DNA of 64,000 nucleotides, taken from the NCBI GenBank assembly GCA_002862755.1, contig PKDY01000039.1, forward strand, positions 8,789-72,788, given 5' to 3'. Below the pieces are notes generated by a model. The model was not told where the DNA came from. It did not search any database and worked only from the letters and a program-made list of their open reading frames with translations. Made by a program: the position numbers and the translations under genes. Shown piece by piece: positions 9,738 to 19,279 of the stretch (positions are counted from its first letter, which is position 1; each line of letters begins with the position of its first letter). The stretch comes from Flavobacteriaceae bacterium. Lineage in GTDB: Bacteria; Bacteroidota; Bacteroidia; Flavobacteriales; Flavobacteriaceae.

Positions 9738-11879
9738 TTAAAGATTGTATTGTAAAGCAATTGAAAAATTTCTAGGAGCTATTGGGTTTAAGCTGTTATC
9801 ATCATGAGCATTGTAGCTTAATTCATTAAAAACATTGCTTAGTTTGGCTCTTAGCGTTGCTTTTTTAAATTGATAACCAACAGTAGCATCTAATTGAAAA
9901 AAATCTTGCAAATATATTAATTGTCGGGTATCATTTGCAACTCTTACCTGTGTAGATCTTCCTGCATATCTTTCACCAAAATAAGTGTTTATTAAACCTA
10001 GGTTTAAACCTTTCAGACGTCCTGCTTCAAAGCTATAGTTTGCACTAAGATTAGCCGTGTTTTTTGGATTATAACGCAATAAACTGCCTTCTATATAGGT
10101 ATTACTTTTTACGTATTTTGTTTCATTAAAGCTATATCCAGCCACTATTTGTAAACCATTAAAAGGTTTGGTAATAATGTCAATTTCTACACCTTCACTT
10201 CTAATGGAACCTGCCAATTCTTTAAAATTTGGATCCACTAATGAAGTTTGTGCTAAGTTGTTATTGTTAATTTGATAAAAAGTAACATTGGCTTGGATAA
10301 TTTCTTTAAATAATTTGTTTTTAAAACCTACTTCATATTGATCAATGATAGAAGGTTTTAACGGTTCGTTATTAATATCGGCACCTGTATTTACGTCAAA
10401 TGAATTGGAATACGTTGCAAAGACGGTATGATTCTTCGTAGGTTGGTAAATTAAACCCACTCTCGGAGAAAAAGCATCATCATAGTTATTTGTCGCTGTT
10501 GAGGTATTATTGTTATACGTTACTACATTCGTTTCTGTATCTTGATAACTGTATCGTACACCTGCTAACACTTTCCATCTTTCAGTAAGACTTACTAAAT
10601 CTTGTACATAAATTCCAAAACGACTGATAGGAGTAGTGGTTAATCTATTTTTTGTAATATCTGGAATTGCTGTTTCCGTATCCGGATTATAGTCTTCAAA
10701 AATATTTATCGTATCATATGAGGCATTGTTGTATCTAGTGGCATAATTTTTAAAATTTTCAACATCAGCTCCAAATAAAACATTATGTTTCGTTTTGCCA
10801 ATTGCAATTAATCCATTTAAATTGGCTTGTTGAGTGAAATAATTATCTTTAGAATCTGCTTTTTGTATGCTTCTATTCCAATCCCCATTTTCAGAAATTA
10901 AACCACCTGTATTCGGACGCGCATTTGCTAAAAGTTTGGTTTGATAGTAGCGAATTCCGTTTATAAAATTCACACTCCATTTCTCATTGATTTTATGGGT
11001 TAAAGTAAGTGTACTTGATAGTTGTTCCGCATCATATGTTCCCCAACTAACACCTAAAAAGCGGTTTCTAGGTAGTGCTACAATTTTATAATTAATAACA
11101 CCTGCTCCAAAATCTGGAGTTCTAGAATCATTGGTGTAGTCCGCTTCTACTAATAATTCAGTTTTTTCAGATAGTTGGAAAAAAAAAGAAGGGTTGATGT
11201 AATATTTTTCAGAGGTTACATAATTTCTATAACTTTCAGCGTTTTCATAAGTTCCGTTAATTCGAAAAGCTACATTTTTTTTGGCTCCAAGGCCGTCATA
11301 AACATCAAATGTGGGTTTGTAAGTACTAAAACTACCTTGAGCAAAACCAATTGCACCACCAAAGTTTTTCTTCGGTTTTTTGGTAACCAAATTCAGAACA
11401 CCACCTGGTGCAACGTTTCCATATAACATAGCAGCACTACCTTTTAAAAATTCAATTTTTTCAAGACCTGATGTTTCAATCATCATACCATTATAATATC
11501 GAATTCCATTTTTAAACGTATTATCACTACGTAAAGAAAAACCTCTGGAAGCAATTTCCTCTTGATAACCACCACTAGTTCCCATGATATAAACACCATT
11601 AGCATTTTTTAAAATATCGCTAAGAGTTTTGGCTTGTTGCTTTTGTAATACATCAGAAGATATACTACTTGTAGCTTGAGGCAAATCCATTTCTTTTATG
11701 TTTGATTTACTTACGCTAGGCGTATTTTGGTGCGAACCAGCAACAATTACTTCTTCTAAAATGTATTTTTTTGGTTTTACTGTATCCTTTTCAGTTTCTT
11801 GATCTAAAAACGAATTGTCTTGAGCAGAAGCAAGGGTAGTTACCAATAATATTGTGGCAAAGTAGAATCTATTTTTCAT
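9738..11879 (-). CDS. TonB-dependent siderophore receptor
   Basis: LEEVIVAG, IASRGF, IEFLKGSAAMLYG, SNVFNELSY, terminal aromatic strand. Confidence 0.93.
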   Translation of the reverse strand: MKNRFYFATILLVTTLASAQDNSFLDQETEKDTVKPKKYILEEVIVAGSHQNTPSVSKSNIKEMDLPQATSSISSDVLQKQQAKTLSDILKNANGVYIMGTSGGYQEEIASRGFSLRSDNTFKNGIRYYNGMMIETSGLEKIEFLKGSAAMLYGNVAPGGVLNLVTKKPKKNFGGAIGFAQGSFSTYKPTFDVYDGLGAKKNVAFRINGTYENAESYRNYVTSEKYYINPSFFFQLSEKTELLVEADYTNDSRTPDFGAGVINYKIVALPRNRFLGVSWGTYDAEQLSSTLTLTHKINEKWSVNFINGIRYYQTKLLANARPNTGGLISENGDWNRSIQKADSKDNYFTQQANLNGLIAIGKTKHNVLFGADVENFKNYATRYNNASYDTINIFEDYNPDTETAIPDITKNRLTTTPISRFGIYVQDLVSLTERWKVLAGVRYSYQDTETNVVTYNNNTSTATNNYDDAFSPRVGLIYQPTKNHTVFATYSNSFDVNTGADINNEPLKPSIIDQYEVGFKNKLFKEIIQANVTFYQINNNNLAQTSLVDPNFKELAGSIRSEGVEIDIITKPFNGLQIVAGYSFNETKYVKSNTYIEGSLLRYNPKNTANLSANYSFEAGRLKGLNLGLINTYFGERYAGRSTQVRVANDTRQLIYLQDFFQLDATVGYQFKKATLRAKLSNVFNELSYNAHDDNSLNPIAPRNFSIALQYNL

Positions 11880-11881
11880 GC

Positions 11882-11965
11882 TTATTTAGATTTAATAAAA
11901 ATAATGACGCAAAAATAATAGGTGAAATTTAGTTTGCAAAATTTATTTAGACTTATTTTAAATAA
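11882..11965 (-). promoter_or_regulatory. Promoter with two Fur-box-like palindromes
   Basis: TTATTTAGA-N5-TAAAAATAA 11882-11904 and TTATTTAGA-N5-TTTAAATAA 11943-11965 flank -7 TATTTTTG (11910-11917 rc) and -33 TTTG (11937-11940 rc). Confidence 0.7.
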
Positions 11966-12038
11966 AATTTATAAAAAGCACATTTTCAGATAGTAAAAAT
12001 GTCAATTATAAACTGCAATAAGAGAATGATTTTTTTAT

Positions 12039-12046
12039 TAACTTTG
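12039..12046 (+). promoter_or_regulatory. Housekeeping -7 element for prfA
   Basis: TAACTTTG matches TAnnTTTG, 21 bp before the ATG. Confidence 0.55.
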
Positions 12047-12067
12047 CACTCCAAATAAAAGTATACT

Positions 12068-13141
12068 ATGCTAGATAGATTGCAATATGTGAAACAACGT
12101 TTTGATGAAATATCGGATTTGATTATTCAACCTGATGTTATTGCAGATCAAAAACGTTATGTACAATTAAATAAGGAATACAAAGACTTAAAGGCTTTAG
12201 TTGAGAAGCGTGACGAATATATCGTATTAGATGGTAATATTAAAGAAGCGAATGAAATTCTAGCAGATGGTTCTGATCCAGAAATGGTAGAAATGGCTAA
12301 AATGCAGTTAGATGAAGCGAAAGAAAGATTGCCTCAACTGGAAGAAGAAATTAAGTTCATGTTAATTCCTAAAGATCCTGAAGATGCTAAAAATGTAATG
12401 GTGGAAATTCGTGCCGGTACTGGTGGTGATGAAGCTTCTATTTTTGCTGGAGATTTGTATAGAATGTATACCAAGTATTGCGAGTCCAAAGGATGGAGAA
12501 CATCGGTAGTAGATATGAATGAAGGAACATCAGGTGGTTTTAAAGAGATTATTTTTGAAGTGACGGGAGAAGACGTTTATGGAACTTTAAAATATGAAGC
12601 AGGAGTACATCGAGTACAACGTGTTCCTCAAACGGAAACACAGGGTAGAGTACACACTTCTGCAGCTACTGTTATGGTTTTACCAGAAGCAGAAGAGTTT
12701 GATGTACAAATTGATATGAACGATGTAAGAGTTGATTTCTTTTGTTCTTCAGGACCTGGAGGTCAATCTGTAAATACCACAAAATCGGCTGTGCGTTTAA
12801 CTCACATTCCTACAGGTTTAGTGGCACAATGTCAAGATCAAAAATCGCAACATAAAAATAAAGATAAGGCCTTAGAAGTGTTACGTTCTCGTTTGTACGA
12901 ATTAGAATTGGCAAAAAAAGAAGCAGAAGATGCTTCAAAACGTACTTCTCAAGTGAGTAGTGGAGATCGTTCTGCAAAAATTAGAACCTACAACTATGCA
13001 CAAGGACGTGTTACAGATCATAGAATTGGTTTAACATTATATGATTTAGGTAATATCATGAACGGTGATATTCATAAAATTGTAGATGAACTTCAGTTAG
13101 TTGCTAATACAGAAAAACTAAAAGAGACCGAAGTATTTTAA
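12068..13141 (+). CDS. prfA: Peptide chain release factor 1
   Basis: [10 protein letters not shown] catalytic [12 protein letters not shown] with the RF1 PxT motif, [26 protein letters not shown]. Confidence 0.98.
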   Translation: MLDRLQYVKQRFDEISDLIIQPDVIADQKRYVQLNKEYKDLKALVEKRDEYIVLDGNIKEANEILADGSDPEMVEMAKMQLDEAKERLPQLEEEIKFMLIPKDPEDAKNVMVEIRAGTGGDEASIFAGDLYRMYTKYCESKGWRTSVVDMNEGTSGGFKEIIFEVTGEDVYGTLKYEAGVHRVQRVPQTETQGRVHTSAATVMVLPEAEEFDVQIDMNDVRVDFFCSSGPGGQSVNTTKSAVRLTHIPTGLVAQCQDQKSQHKNKDKALEVLRSRLYELELAKKEAEDASKRTSQVSSGDRSAKIRTYNYAQGRVTDHRIGLTLYDLGNIMNGDIHKIVDELQLVANTEKLKETEVF

Positions 13142-13159
13142 AAAAAAATAGTATTTTTG

Positions 13160-13193
13160 AAAGGCTATAAACTAATGTTTATAGCCTTTTTTT
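13160..13193 (+). terminator. prfA intrinsic terminator
   Basis: 13-bp stem AAAGGCTATAAAC/GTTTATAGCCTTT, TAAT loop, T-tract. Confidence 0.8.
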
Positions 13194-13214
13194 ATAACCC
13201 TAAATCCAATTTTT

Positions 13215-14528
13215 ATGATAAAGAATGCTTTTCTAGTAATCGTTTTATTACTGAGTTATACGTTGCAATCCCAATCTTTTTTTGGGAGCCAATATGATAA
13301 TTATGCTGGAATTTACAGTGTTATGAATAACCCTGCGAATATTGCAGATTCACGTTTTAAGTCGGATATTAATATAGTTTCAGGTAGTTTTTTTGCAGGT
13401 AGCGACTATTATGCAGTTAAAATAGGAGATCTTTTAAGTAATTCTGACTTTGAAGCGTATGCAAAGAAGACACCTTCAGATAATAATAATTTGTATACTA
13501 ATGTTGATTTTTTAGGTCCTTCTTTTTTATTAAATATTGATGATAATAGTACTTTCGGATTCTTTACAAGAGCTAGAGGAATTGGACATGCTTCTGAAAT
13601 CAATGGGTTATTTTTAGAAAAAATACAAGAAGATATTGAAGAAGATATCGATATTCAAAATCAAAATTTTAGTATTGCTACGAATTCCTGGTTTGAAGTG
13701 GGTTTGTCCTATGCAAGAATTTTATTTAATAATGAAAGACATTTTATAAAAGGAGGTGTTTCGGTAAAATACATTGGTGGTTTGTATTCAGGCTATATTA
13801 AAGCCAGAAATTTGTCAATTACGTATGATTACACCGGTTTAGAATTAACCAATACAACCACGACTTCAGGTGAAATAGAAACTGGAAATGTGAGTAGTTT
13901 AGAAAATTTTGACGATCCTATTGATAATCGAGGAAGTGGTTTTGGAACTGATATTGGTTTTACCTATGAATTAAGAACAAATGAATCCAATGCTAATTCT
14001 AGTAAAGCTTATAATAAGTATTTAGTAAAATTCGGAGTTTCTGTAACTGATATTGGAAGTATCAAGTTTAAAGAAGGTGAAAAAGTGGTATATGAAGCGG
14101 ATGCGTCTTATACCGATGCTGAATATGCAATTAATGATGATTTCGATTCTTACTATTCAAGAATTAGTGAAAGTAAATCGTTTAACGTTTCTTTACCTAC
14201 AGCGCTTCATTTTAACGCAGATTGGAATGCCTATGATAAGTTCTATTTGAATCTAAATACCGATTTAAATATGAATAAAGAGACTAAGCCTAATTCAAAT
14301 TATATTAAGAACACATTTAGTATGACTCCAAGATATGAAACGAGATGGTTTAGTATCTATTTGCCGTTTTCAGTTGTAGAAGATTCAGGATTTTTATCTG
14401 GATTTGGATTTAGAGCAGGACCCATTACTTTAGGTTCAGGTTCTCTTTTTAATGGCTTGTTTGGTTATTCGAATGCAGTGGATGTGCATTTAGGTATTAA
14501 AATTCCATTATATCATAATGATAAATAA
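13215..14528 (+). CDS. DUF5723-family outer-membrane protein
   Basis: Signal peptide; DNYAG...NPANIADSRF N-terminal motif; LPTALH, TPRYETRW, GFGFRAGP. Confidence 0.8.
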   Translation: MIKNAFLVIVLLLSYTLQSQSFFGSQYDNYAGIYSVMNNPANIADSRFKSDINIVSGSFFAGSDYYAVKIGDLLSNSDFEAYAKKTPSDNNNLYTNVDFLGPSFLLNIDDNSTFGFFTRARGIGHASEINGLFLEKIQEDIEEDIDIQNQNFSIATNSWFEVGLSYARILFNNERHFIKGGVSVKYIGGLYSGYIKARNLSITYDYTGLELTNTTTTSGEIETGNVSSLENFDDPIDNRGSGFGTDIGFTYELRTNESNANSSKAYNKYLVKFGVSVTDIGSIKFKEGEKVVYEADASYTDAEYAINDDFDSYYSRISESKSFNVSLPTALHFNADWNAYDKFYLNLNTDLNMNKETKPNSNYIKNTFSMTPRYETRWFSIYLPFSVVEDSGFLSGFGFRAGPITLGSGSLFNGLFGYSNAVDVHLGIKIPLYHNDK

Positions 14529-14533
14529 AAAAA

Positions 14534-14618
14534 CCGTTTGAAAGTAAATTTCAAACGGCTCTCAATAACTAAAACCTTTTTATTGAAAAAACAAACAGCA
14601 AGTAAAAGCTTGCTGTTT
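14534..14618. terminator. Two hairpins between convergent genes
   Basis: CCGTTTGAAA/TTTCAAACGG (14534-14558) and AAACAGCAAG/CTTGCTGTTT (14593-14618). Confidence 0.7.
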
Positions 14619-14636
14619 TACTTTTATCCCAAGGGA

Positions 14637-15302
14637 TTATTTTTTAGCTTCTTCATTTTCTTCAGATTTAGCACCAATTCTGTTTACAGTATACATTGGA
14701 GCAAATTTGATTTTTAAAGCTGCAATTTTTCTATTATCTTCAGACGATAAACCTTCTTTTTCAACTGTATTTTTTCTTGTGTCTAACGCTTCATAAAGTA
14801 ATTTGATTTCGTCCCAATCTTCTCTTGAATAAGAATCTTTATTATTTTCAACTGTAGTTACAAAGTTGTCATAAACACTTAAAATATTATCTTTATTAAC
14901 CCATGCAAAAGTCATATCTGCAGAACCGTCATACGTTGGTCCTAAAAGCGTTTTACGCATCGTCATTTTTGCATTTTCTGCGTCTGCTTTTTCTTTTTCA
15001 GTAACTACTTTTACTCTGTATTCTTCATATCTAACAGTAGCATTATCAATAGATTCTTTTAATTTTTGGTCTTCTTCAACACCAGTTAAAGAATTTTCAG
15101 CATTCATTTTTAAACGATCGTAATCTTTTTGAATTTCATCCCAATCGTTGGCTGCTTCATTCATTTCAACGTTGCTTACTGAGTCTACATAATTTGCATA
15201 CATCGCAACATCTTTTTCAGCTTGTAATTTTTTTTCATCTGTACATGCAGTAAACGATACTGCAACAGCTAATAGTCCTAATGTGATTTTTAAGTTTTTC
15301 AT
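14637..15302 (-). CDS. Helical lipoprotein (DUF6565-like)
   Basis: Lipobox FTAC; ILSVYDNFV.TV..NK..YSREDWDEIKLLYEALD.RKNTVEKEGL motif. Confidence 0.75.
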   Translation of the reverse strand: MKNLKITLGLLAVAVSFTACTDEKKLQAEKDVAMYANYVDSVSNVEMNEAANDWDEIQKDYDRLKMNAENSLTGVEEDQKLKESIDNATVRYEEYRVKVVTEKEKADAENAKMTMRKTLLGPTYDGSADMTFAWVNKDNILSVYDNFVTTVENNKDSYSREDWDEIKLLYEALDTRKNTVEKEGLSSEDNRKIAALKIKFAPMYTVNRIGAKSEENEEAKK

Positions 15303-15334
15303 CTTTATTTTTTATTTATATTATTATTATAGTG

Positions 15335-15395
15335 TAAAATTAGTCCAGTTTATTAGATTACTTTTTATATAATTTTTGTAATCCTTTACATAATT
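15335..15395 (-). promoter_or_regulatory. Tandem-box promoter (regulon site 2)
   Basis: -7-like 15335-15342 (sense TAATTTTA); TTATATAATT 15365-15374; TTACATAATT 15386-15395. Confidence 0.75.
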
Positions 15396-15469
15396 TTTAT
15401 TTTGAAAACATACATTAAAAACAGTAAATATTAATGTCTAAAATGCACTGATATCATAAATAACAATTA

Positions 15470-15853
15470 TTAATTTTGTTGAATATGACTGGGTTCTAAT
15501 CTGTCTTCTTTTTCTTTTGAAGTTATTTGTTCTGCCTTGTTTGTAATAAAGTTGGAAACCAAATATTGTACAATTGTAGCAGATATTTTTTTTAAGGTTC
15601 CTGCAGATTTTCCAATCATCATTTTTCGGGTTAAATAGCCACCTGCAATTCCTAAAGTTGTTTCCAATAAAGAACTTTTTATTTCTTTCGATTTTTTAAA
15701 ATCAGCAATTGTTTCTTTTACAATATTTACTGGTTTTAAACTATCTACAGTATCATTAAATTGATTACGTAAAACTTCAAAATCATGATTTCGTTTAATT
15801 TCTAGTAATCTAATTTTTTCATCTAGAAGTTGATTTTCGTCTATCCTTTTCAT
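15470..15853 (-). CDS. Hypothetical protein, partner of the holin-like/YtxH genes
   Basis: 127-aa ORF; coiled-coil then GIAGGYL hydrophobic segment; co-oriented, with a 2-bp gap to the upstream gene. Confidence 0.7.
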   Translation of the reverse strand: MKRIDENQLLDEKIRLLEIKRNHDFEVLRNQFNDTVDSLKPVNIVKETIADFKKSKEIKSSLLETTLGIAGGYLTRKMMIGKSAGTLKKISATIVQYLVSNFITNKAEQITSKEKEDRLEPSHIQQN

Positions 15854-15855
15854 AA

Positions 15856-16209
15856 TTATCTGATTTTAGTTTCTAAAAGTTTTCTAATAACCATATTTGT
15901 TATTGGCACTTTAATTAGTTGTTTTCTAAAAACAAATAATAGAATGGCAAGAACTAAATAAAATCCAGATACAATAAGAAAACCTAAGTACATTTCTCCA
16001 AGAAGTTTTCCAATGTATAAACTAATTCCAATATTGATAAACAAGGAGAACATAGCTACAATTAAACCAAATGCTAATCTAAAAGTTAAAGAGGCAGTTA
16101 TGTCTGCTGTTTTATCAATAGCATTCAATTTAAATAATTCAATGCTAGACTTTGTATAATCTTGTGCCTTTTCTAAAAGCATTTCGAAATTTGTAGCTAT
16201 CTTTTCCAT
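15856..16209 (-). CDS. Phage-holin-family/YqjE-like membrane protein
   Basis: DYTKSSIELFKL helix then two TMs (SLYIGKLLGEMYLGFLIVSGFY). Confidence 0.75.
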   Translation of the reverse strand: MEKIATNFEMLLEKAQDYTKSSIELFKLNAIDKTADITASLTFRLAFGLIVAMFSLFINIGISLYIGKLLGEMYLGFLIVSGFYLVLAILLFVFRKQLIKVPITNMVIRKLLETKIR

Positions 16210-16219
16210 CTTGTTTTAC

Positions 16220-16504
16220 TTAAATTTTTGATAATTCTTCTTTAATTTTTGTTTTACCTTCTTGAAGTTTTTCGTCTATATTTTCAGAAAGGAAATTATA
16301 TTTTTCTTGAAGTTCACCATATTTTTTTTCAAGTGTACTTACGGTGTTATCAAAACCTTCTTTTAAGTTATCTTTTAACTCATTGGCTTTTTTACCAATT
16401 TTTTTTCTTGTGTTTGAACCTTTATCTGGTGCTAATAATACTCCGATAACTGCTCCAGCTGCTAATCCAGCTACTACTCCTAATATTGCATTATTTGATT
16501 TCAT
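16220..16504 (-). CDS. YtxH-domain (general-stress-type) protein
   Basis: GLAAGAVIGVLLAPDKGSNTRKKI signature. Confidence 0.9.
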   Translation of the reverse strand: MKSNNAILGVVAGLAAGAVIGVLLAPDKGSNTRKKIGKKANELKDNLKEGFDNTVSTLEKKYGELQEKYNFLSENIDEKLQEGKTKIKEELSKI

Positions 16505-16538
16505 AATTTCTTTTTTTTAGATTTTTAATATTGTTTTT

Positions 16539-16691
16539 TTAAATTCTTCTTCCTTGAATGATTCTAACGATAATTGCTATTATAGCGATTACTAATAATA
16601 TATGGATTAATGAACCCACGCTATACACAAAGAATCCTAGTGCCCAGCCAATAATCAATATGACTGCAACGAGATATAATAAATTTGACAT
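16539..16691 (-). CDS. lmo0937-family small membrane protein (50 aa)
   Basis: Missed by the ORF track. Manual translation: MSNLLYLVAVILIIGWALGFFVYSVGSLIHILLVIAIIAIIVRIIQGRRI. Confidence 0.85.
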   Translation of the reverse strand: MSNLLYLVAVILIIGWALGFFVYSVGSLIHILLVIAIIAIIVRIIQGRRI

Positions 16692-16713
16692 CTTGATTAA
16701 ATTTTAATTGTTA

Positions 16714-17361
16714 TTAATTTAAACGAACGGCTAAGTATAAACTTAGGTTGCTATTTTTTCCATCTGGTACTGTATATGTTGTTCCAGCAAATTCTCTGTC
16801 TTTTCCAACGGTTTGTAAACCATAGTTGTATCGAACTCCTATTCCAATGGATTGAAAATCTAGACCTACACCAGCCGATAAACCGTAATCGAATTTGTTG
16901 AAATCATCATTGTCATAATTGTCTTCGAAATCGAATGTTCCACTGTCTGTTTCATTAGTAACTTGTGCATTTACAAGGTATGCTAAATAAGGTCCTGCGT
17001 GTACATTGAAACTATCTGTAATGTTTAATTTTAACAAAATTGGTAATTCAATGTAATTTAATTTAAATTTAGCTGTACCTTCAGCAAAAGCGTTGTCATA
17101 TACTAACTCAGCACCTTTTCTACTGTACAATAACTCTGGTTGAATGGCTACAGCATCAGAAATTGGTAATTTTGCATAGAAACCTGCGTTAAAGCTTGTA
17201 AGAACATTGTTGTCATCTACATCTTCTGTGTACATGTTGGAGAAATTGACTCCTCCTTTAACTCCGAATTCAGCATTAGAGTCTTCTGATTGTGCATTAA
17301 CTCCTAGTGAAGTCATTAAGGCTAATGCTAATGTGGCTACAATTTTTTTTCTTCTTTTCAT
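16714..17361 (-). CDS. Porin-family 8-stranded outer-membrane beta-barrel protein
   Basis: Signal peptide; FGVKGGVNFSN, IQPELLYSRKG, LNYIELP, AGPY, RYNYGL. Confidence 0.85.
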   Translation of the reverse strand: MKRRKKIVATLALALMTSLGVNAQSEDSNAEFGVKGGVNFSNMYTEDVDDNNVLTSFNAGFYAKLPISDAVAIQPELLYSRKGAELVYDNAFAEGTAKFKLNYIELPILLKLNITDSFNVHAGPYLAYLVNAQVTNETDSGTFDFEDNYDNDDFNKFDYGLSAGVGLDFQSIGIGVRYNYGLQTVGKDREFAGTTYTVPDGKNSNLSLYLAVRLN

Positions 17362-17478
17362 GTCAATTGTTTTTTAATGTTTGTATTTGGTTTTTATTAA
17401 TTTAATTGTTCATTATTATTGTGGCATTTGCGATTAGTGTAAAGACAATAAATACAACTAATGCTATTATCCATTTTT

Positions 17479-18048
17479 TCATGTTTCTGCAATTTTTATT
17501 TGGTTTACCTTATCTAAGGATGTATTTAGTTTTACTATAGTTTGTAAGGCTAAAATTTTAAAATCTACATCATTAGTTGTTTTTGATAGTTCCGTTAAAT
17601 CTTGAATTTGATTGGACAAAATTTTCGATACCGTTTCCAAATAAACACTGTTGTAATTGTCTTTTTTAGCTTTTTCCAATCTATTAATGCTTTGTTCTAC
17701 ATTAAGGTTTGGAATGATTATTAATTTTTCAGAAGTAATTTTACTGATTACTTTATTTATCTTACTCTGTTCCTTTATTAATTCTGTTGCTAAGCATTTC
17801 ACTCTAAAAGGAACTTCTTTTTCCTTAACATGATTACTTATTGTAATTAAGTTTAGATTCTTTTCATTAAACTTTGCCAATAGTTCTGCTTCTACATTTT
17901 TATAATTGTTGGTATTACTACTAATATTGGTTAGTATACTTTCTTCTTTTGTATTGTTTGTGAAAACACAAGAAGTAACCGTTAATAGTGTAATACTGCA
18001 CAGAATTAAATAGAAGTTTAACGTTCTCTTGGGGTTTGACTTTCTCAT
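17479..18048 (-). CDS. DUF4142-like (ferritin-like four-helix) lipoprotein, divergent
   Basis: Lipobox VTSC; helical pattern KEK...VK.LA..L.KEQ...EKLIIIP...Y.....D.DFK..A. Confidence 0.55.
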   Translation of the reverse strand: MRKSNPKRTLNFYLILCSITLLTVTSCVFTNNTKEESILTNISSNTNNYKNVEAELLAKFNEKNLNLITISNHVKEKEVPFRVKCLATELIKEQSKINKVISKITSEKLIIIPNLNVEQSINRLEKAKKDNYNSVYLETVSKILSNQIQDLTELSKTTNDVDFKILALQTIVKLNTSLDKVNQIKIAET

Positions 18049-18070
18049 TTTATTCGTTTTAATTACATTA

Positions 18071-18131
18071 CAAAGTTGGTGTATTGTGGAAAATTCTTTA
18101 TTACATCATTTTTTATATTGCTTATATCATT
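18071..18131 (-). promoter_or_regulatory. Tandem-box promoter (regulon site 3, proximal)
   Basis: -7-like 18071-18078 (sense CAACTTTG); TTACATCATT 18101-18110; TTATATCATT 18122-18131. Confidence 0.7.
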
Positions 18132-18184
18132 TCCATTTACCAACTCAAATTCAATTTCAATTTCATTTCTAAGAACTTACAAGA

Positions 18185-18245
18185 CAAAATTACGTCATAT
18201 ACAAAGAGTTTGTGTTATATCATTTTTAGGGAAGATTATAGAATT
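18185..18245 (-). promoter_or_regulatory. Tandem-box promoter (regulon site 4, distal)
   Basis: -7 18185-18192 (sense TAATTTTG); TTATATCATT 18215-18224; TTATAGAATT 18236-18245. Confidence 0.7.
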
Positions 18246-18281
18246 TTAAGTTTTATGTACCATCATTCATAAAAAACAAAA

Positions 18282-18306
18282 AAAACGCTCTTAAGGAGAG
18301 CGTTTT
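18282..18306 (-). terminator. Terminator after yihY
   Basis: Stem AAAACGCTCT/AGAGCGTTTT with a long upstream A-run (U-tract on minus). Confidence 0.75.
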
Positions 18307-18338
18307 ATATAAGGATTATGAAAATTTATTGAAGTGTC

Positions 18339-19277
18339 TTATTTGTCTGTTGGGTTTTCGTGTAAGATTTGGACACTACTTTTTTTTTCAGTGGTAGTTA
18401 TAAATTCTGCGAAGGAGGAAGGTTGAATTGGAGCAGCGTATTCTACAGCATAGGACTTTGCCAATTGCGCACCAAAATATAAAATCATGGATGAGTAGTA
18501 CACCCAAACCATAACGATTACAAAAGAACCTGCAGAACCATATACAGAGTTAATATTGGAATTAGCGATATAGAAAGAGATTAAAAATTTACCAAAAATA
18601 AATAATATAGCAGTGGTAAATGAAGCAAACTTAACCTGTCTCCACTTGATTTCTGCATCGGGTAAAATGGTAAAAATGGCACCAAATAAGAAGGAAATGA
18701 CTAAAAATGAAATTAAAGAATTAATCACATAAATGACATAATAAAGTACTTCGGGAAAATAAGAAGTCAATTCGTTACTAATAGCATCTAAAATAGCTGA
18801 AATACCTAATGATACAAGTAGAATAAAACCAATGCTACCGATTACTCCAAAGGATAATAAGCGAGCCTTAATAAATATCCAAAATCCAGAAGCTTTCTTT
18901 TTGGGTCGAATATCCCAAATAGTATTTATAGAATCTTGAATTTCTGCAAAAACAGAAGTAGCTCCAATAATTAACATGACTATACCTACTATTCCTGCTA
19001 AACTAGTACTATTAGAAATACTTAGGTTTTTGATCATTTCTTGAACCTGGATGGCACTTTCTTCGCCTACAAAATTTTTGAGTTGGTTATAAATACTACC
19101 TTCAATAGCTTCTCTTCCCCAAAAAATATCACATAAATAGAGTAGTACAAGCAATAAGGGACCAATTGAAAAAACAGTGGTATAGGCTAAGGAAGAACTT
19201 AGCTTTAAGATTTTTTTTTCTAAAAAACCTGTAAAGGTGTTTTTCAATACTTTCCAAAATCGCTTAAAATCTATCAT
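18339..19277 (-). CDS. YihY/virulence factor BrkB family membrane protein
   Basis: LSSSLAYTTVFSIGPLL, GATSVFAEIQDSINTIW, YGSAGS...VWVYYSSMILYFGA. Confidence 0.92.
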   Translation of the reverse strand: MIDFKRFWKVLKNTFTGFLEKKILKLSSSLAYTTVFSIGPLLLVLLYLCDIFWGREAIEGSIYNQLKNFVGEESAIQVQEMIKNLSISNSTSLAGIVGIVMLIIGATSVFAEIQDSINTIWDIRPKKKASGFWIFIKARLLSFGVIGSIGFILLVSLGISAILDAISNELTSYFPEVLYYVIYVINSLISFLVISFLFGAIFTILPDAEIKWRQVKFASFTTAILFIFGKFLISFYIANSNINSVYGSAGSFVIVMVWVYYSSMILYFGAQLAKSYAVEYAAPIQPSSFAEFITTTEKKSSVQILHENPTDK

Positions 19278-19279
19278 TA

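Noticed and set aside
17440-17476. Tandem-box promoter upstream of the porin-family gene
   Set aside because: Only one partial box (TTATCCATTT), at the wrong spacing.
18084-18272. 62-aa plus-strand ORF
   Set aside because: Low-complexity I/Y/F/L composition; lies over two minus-strand promoters.
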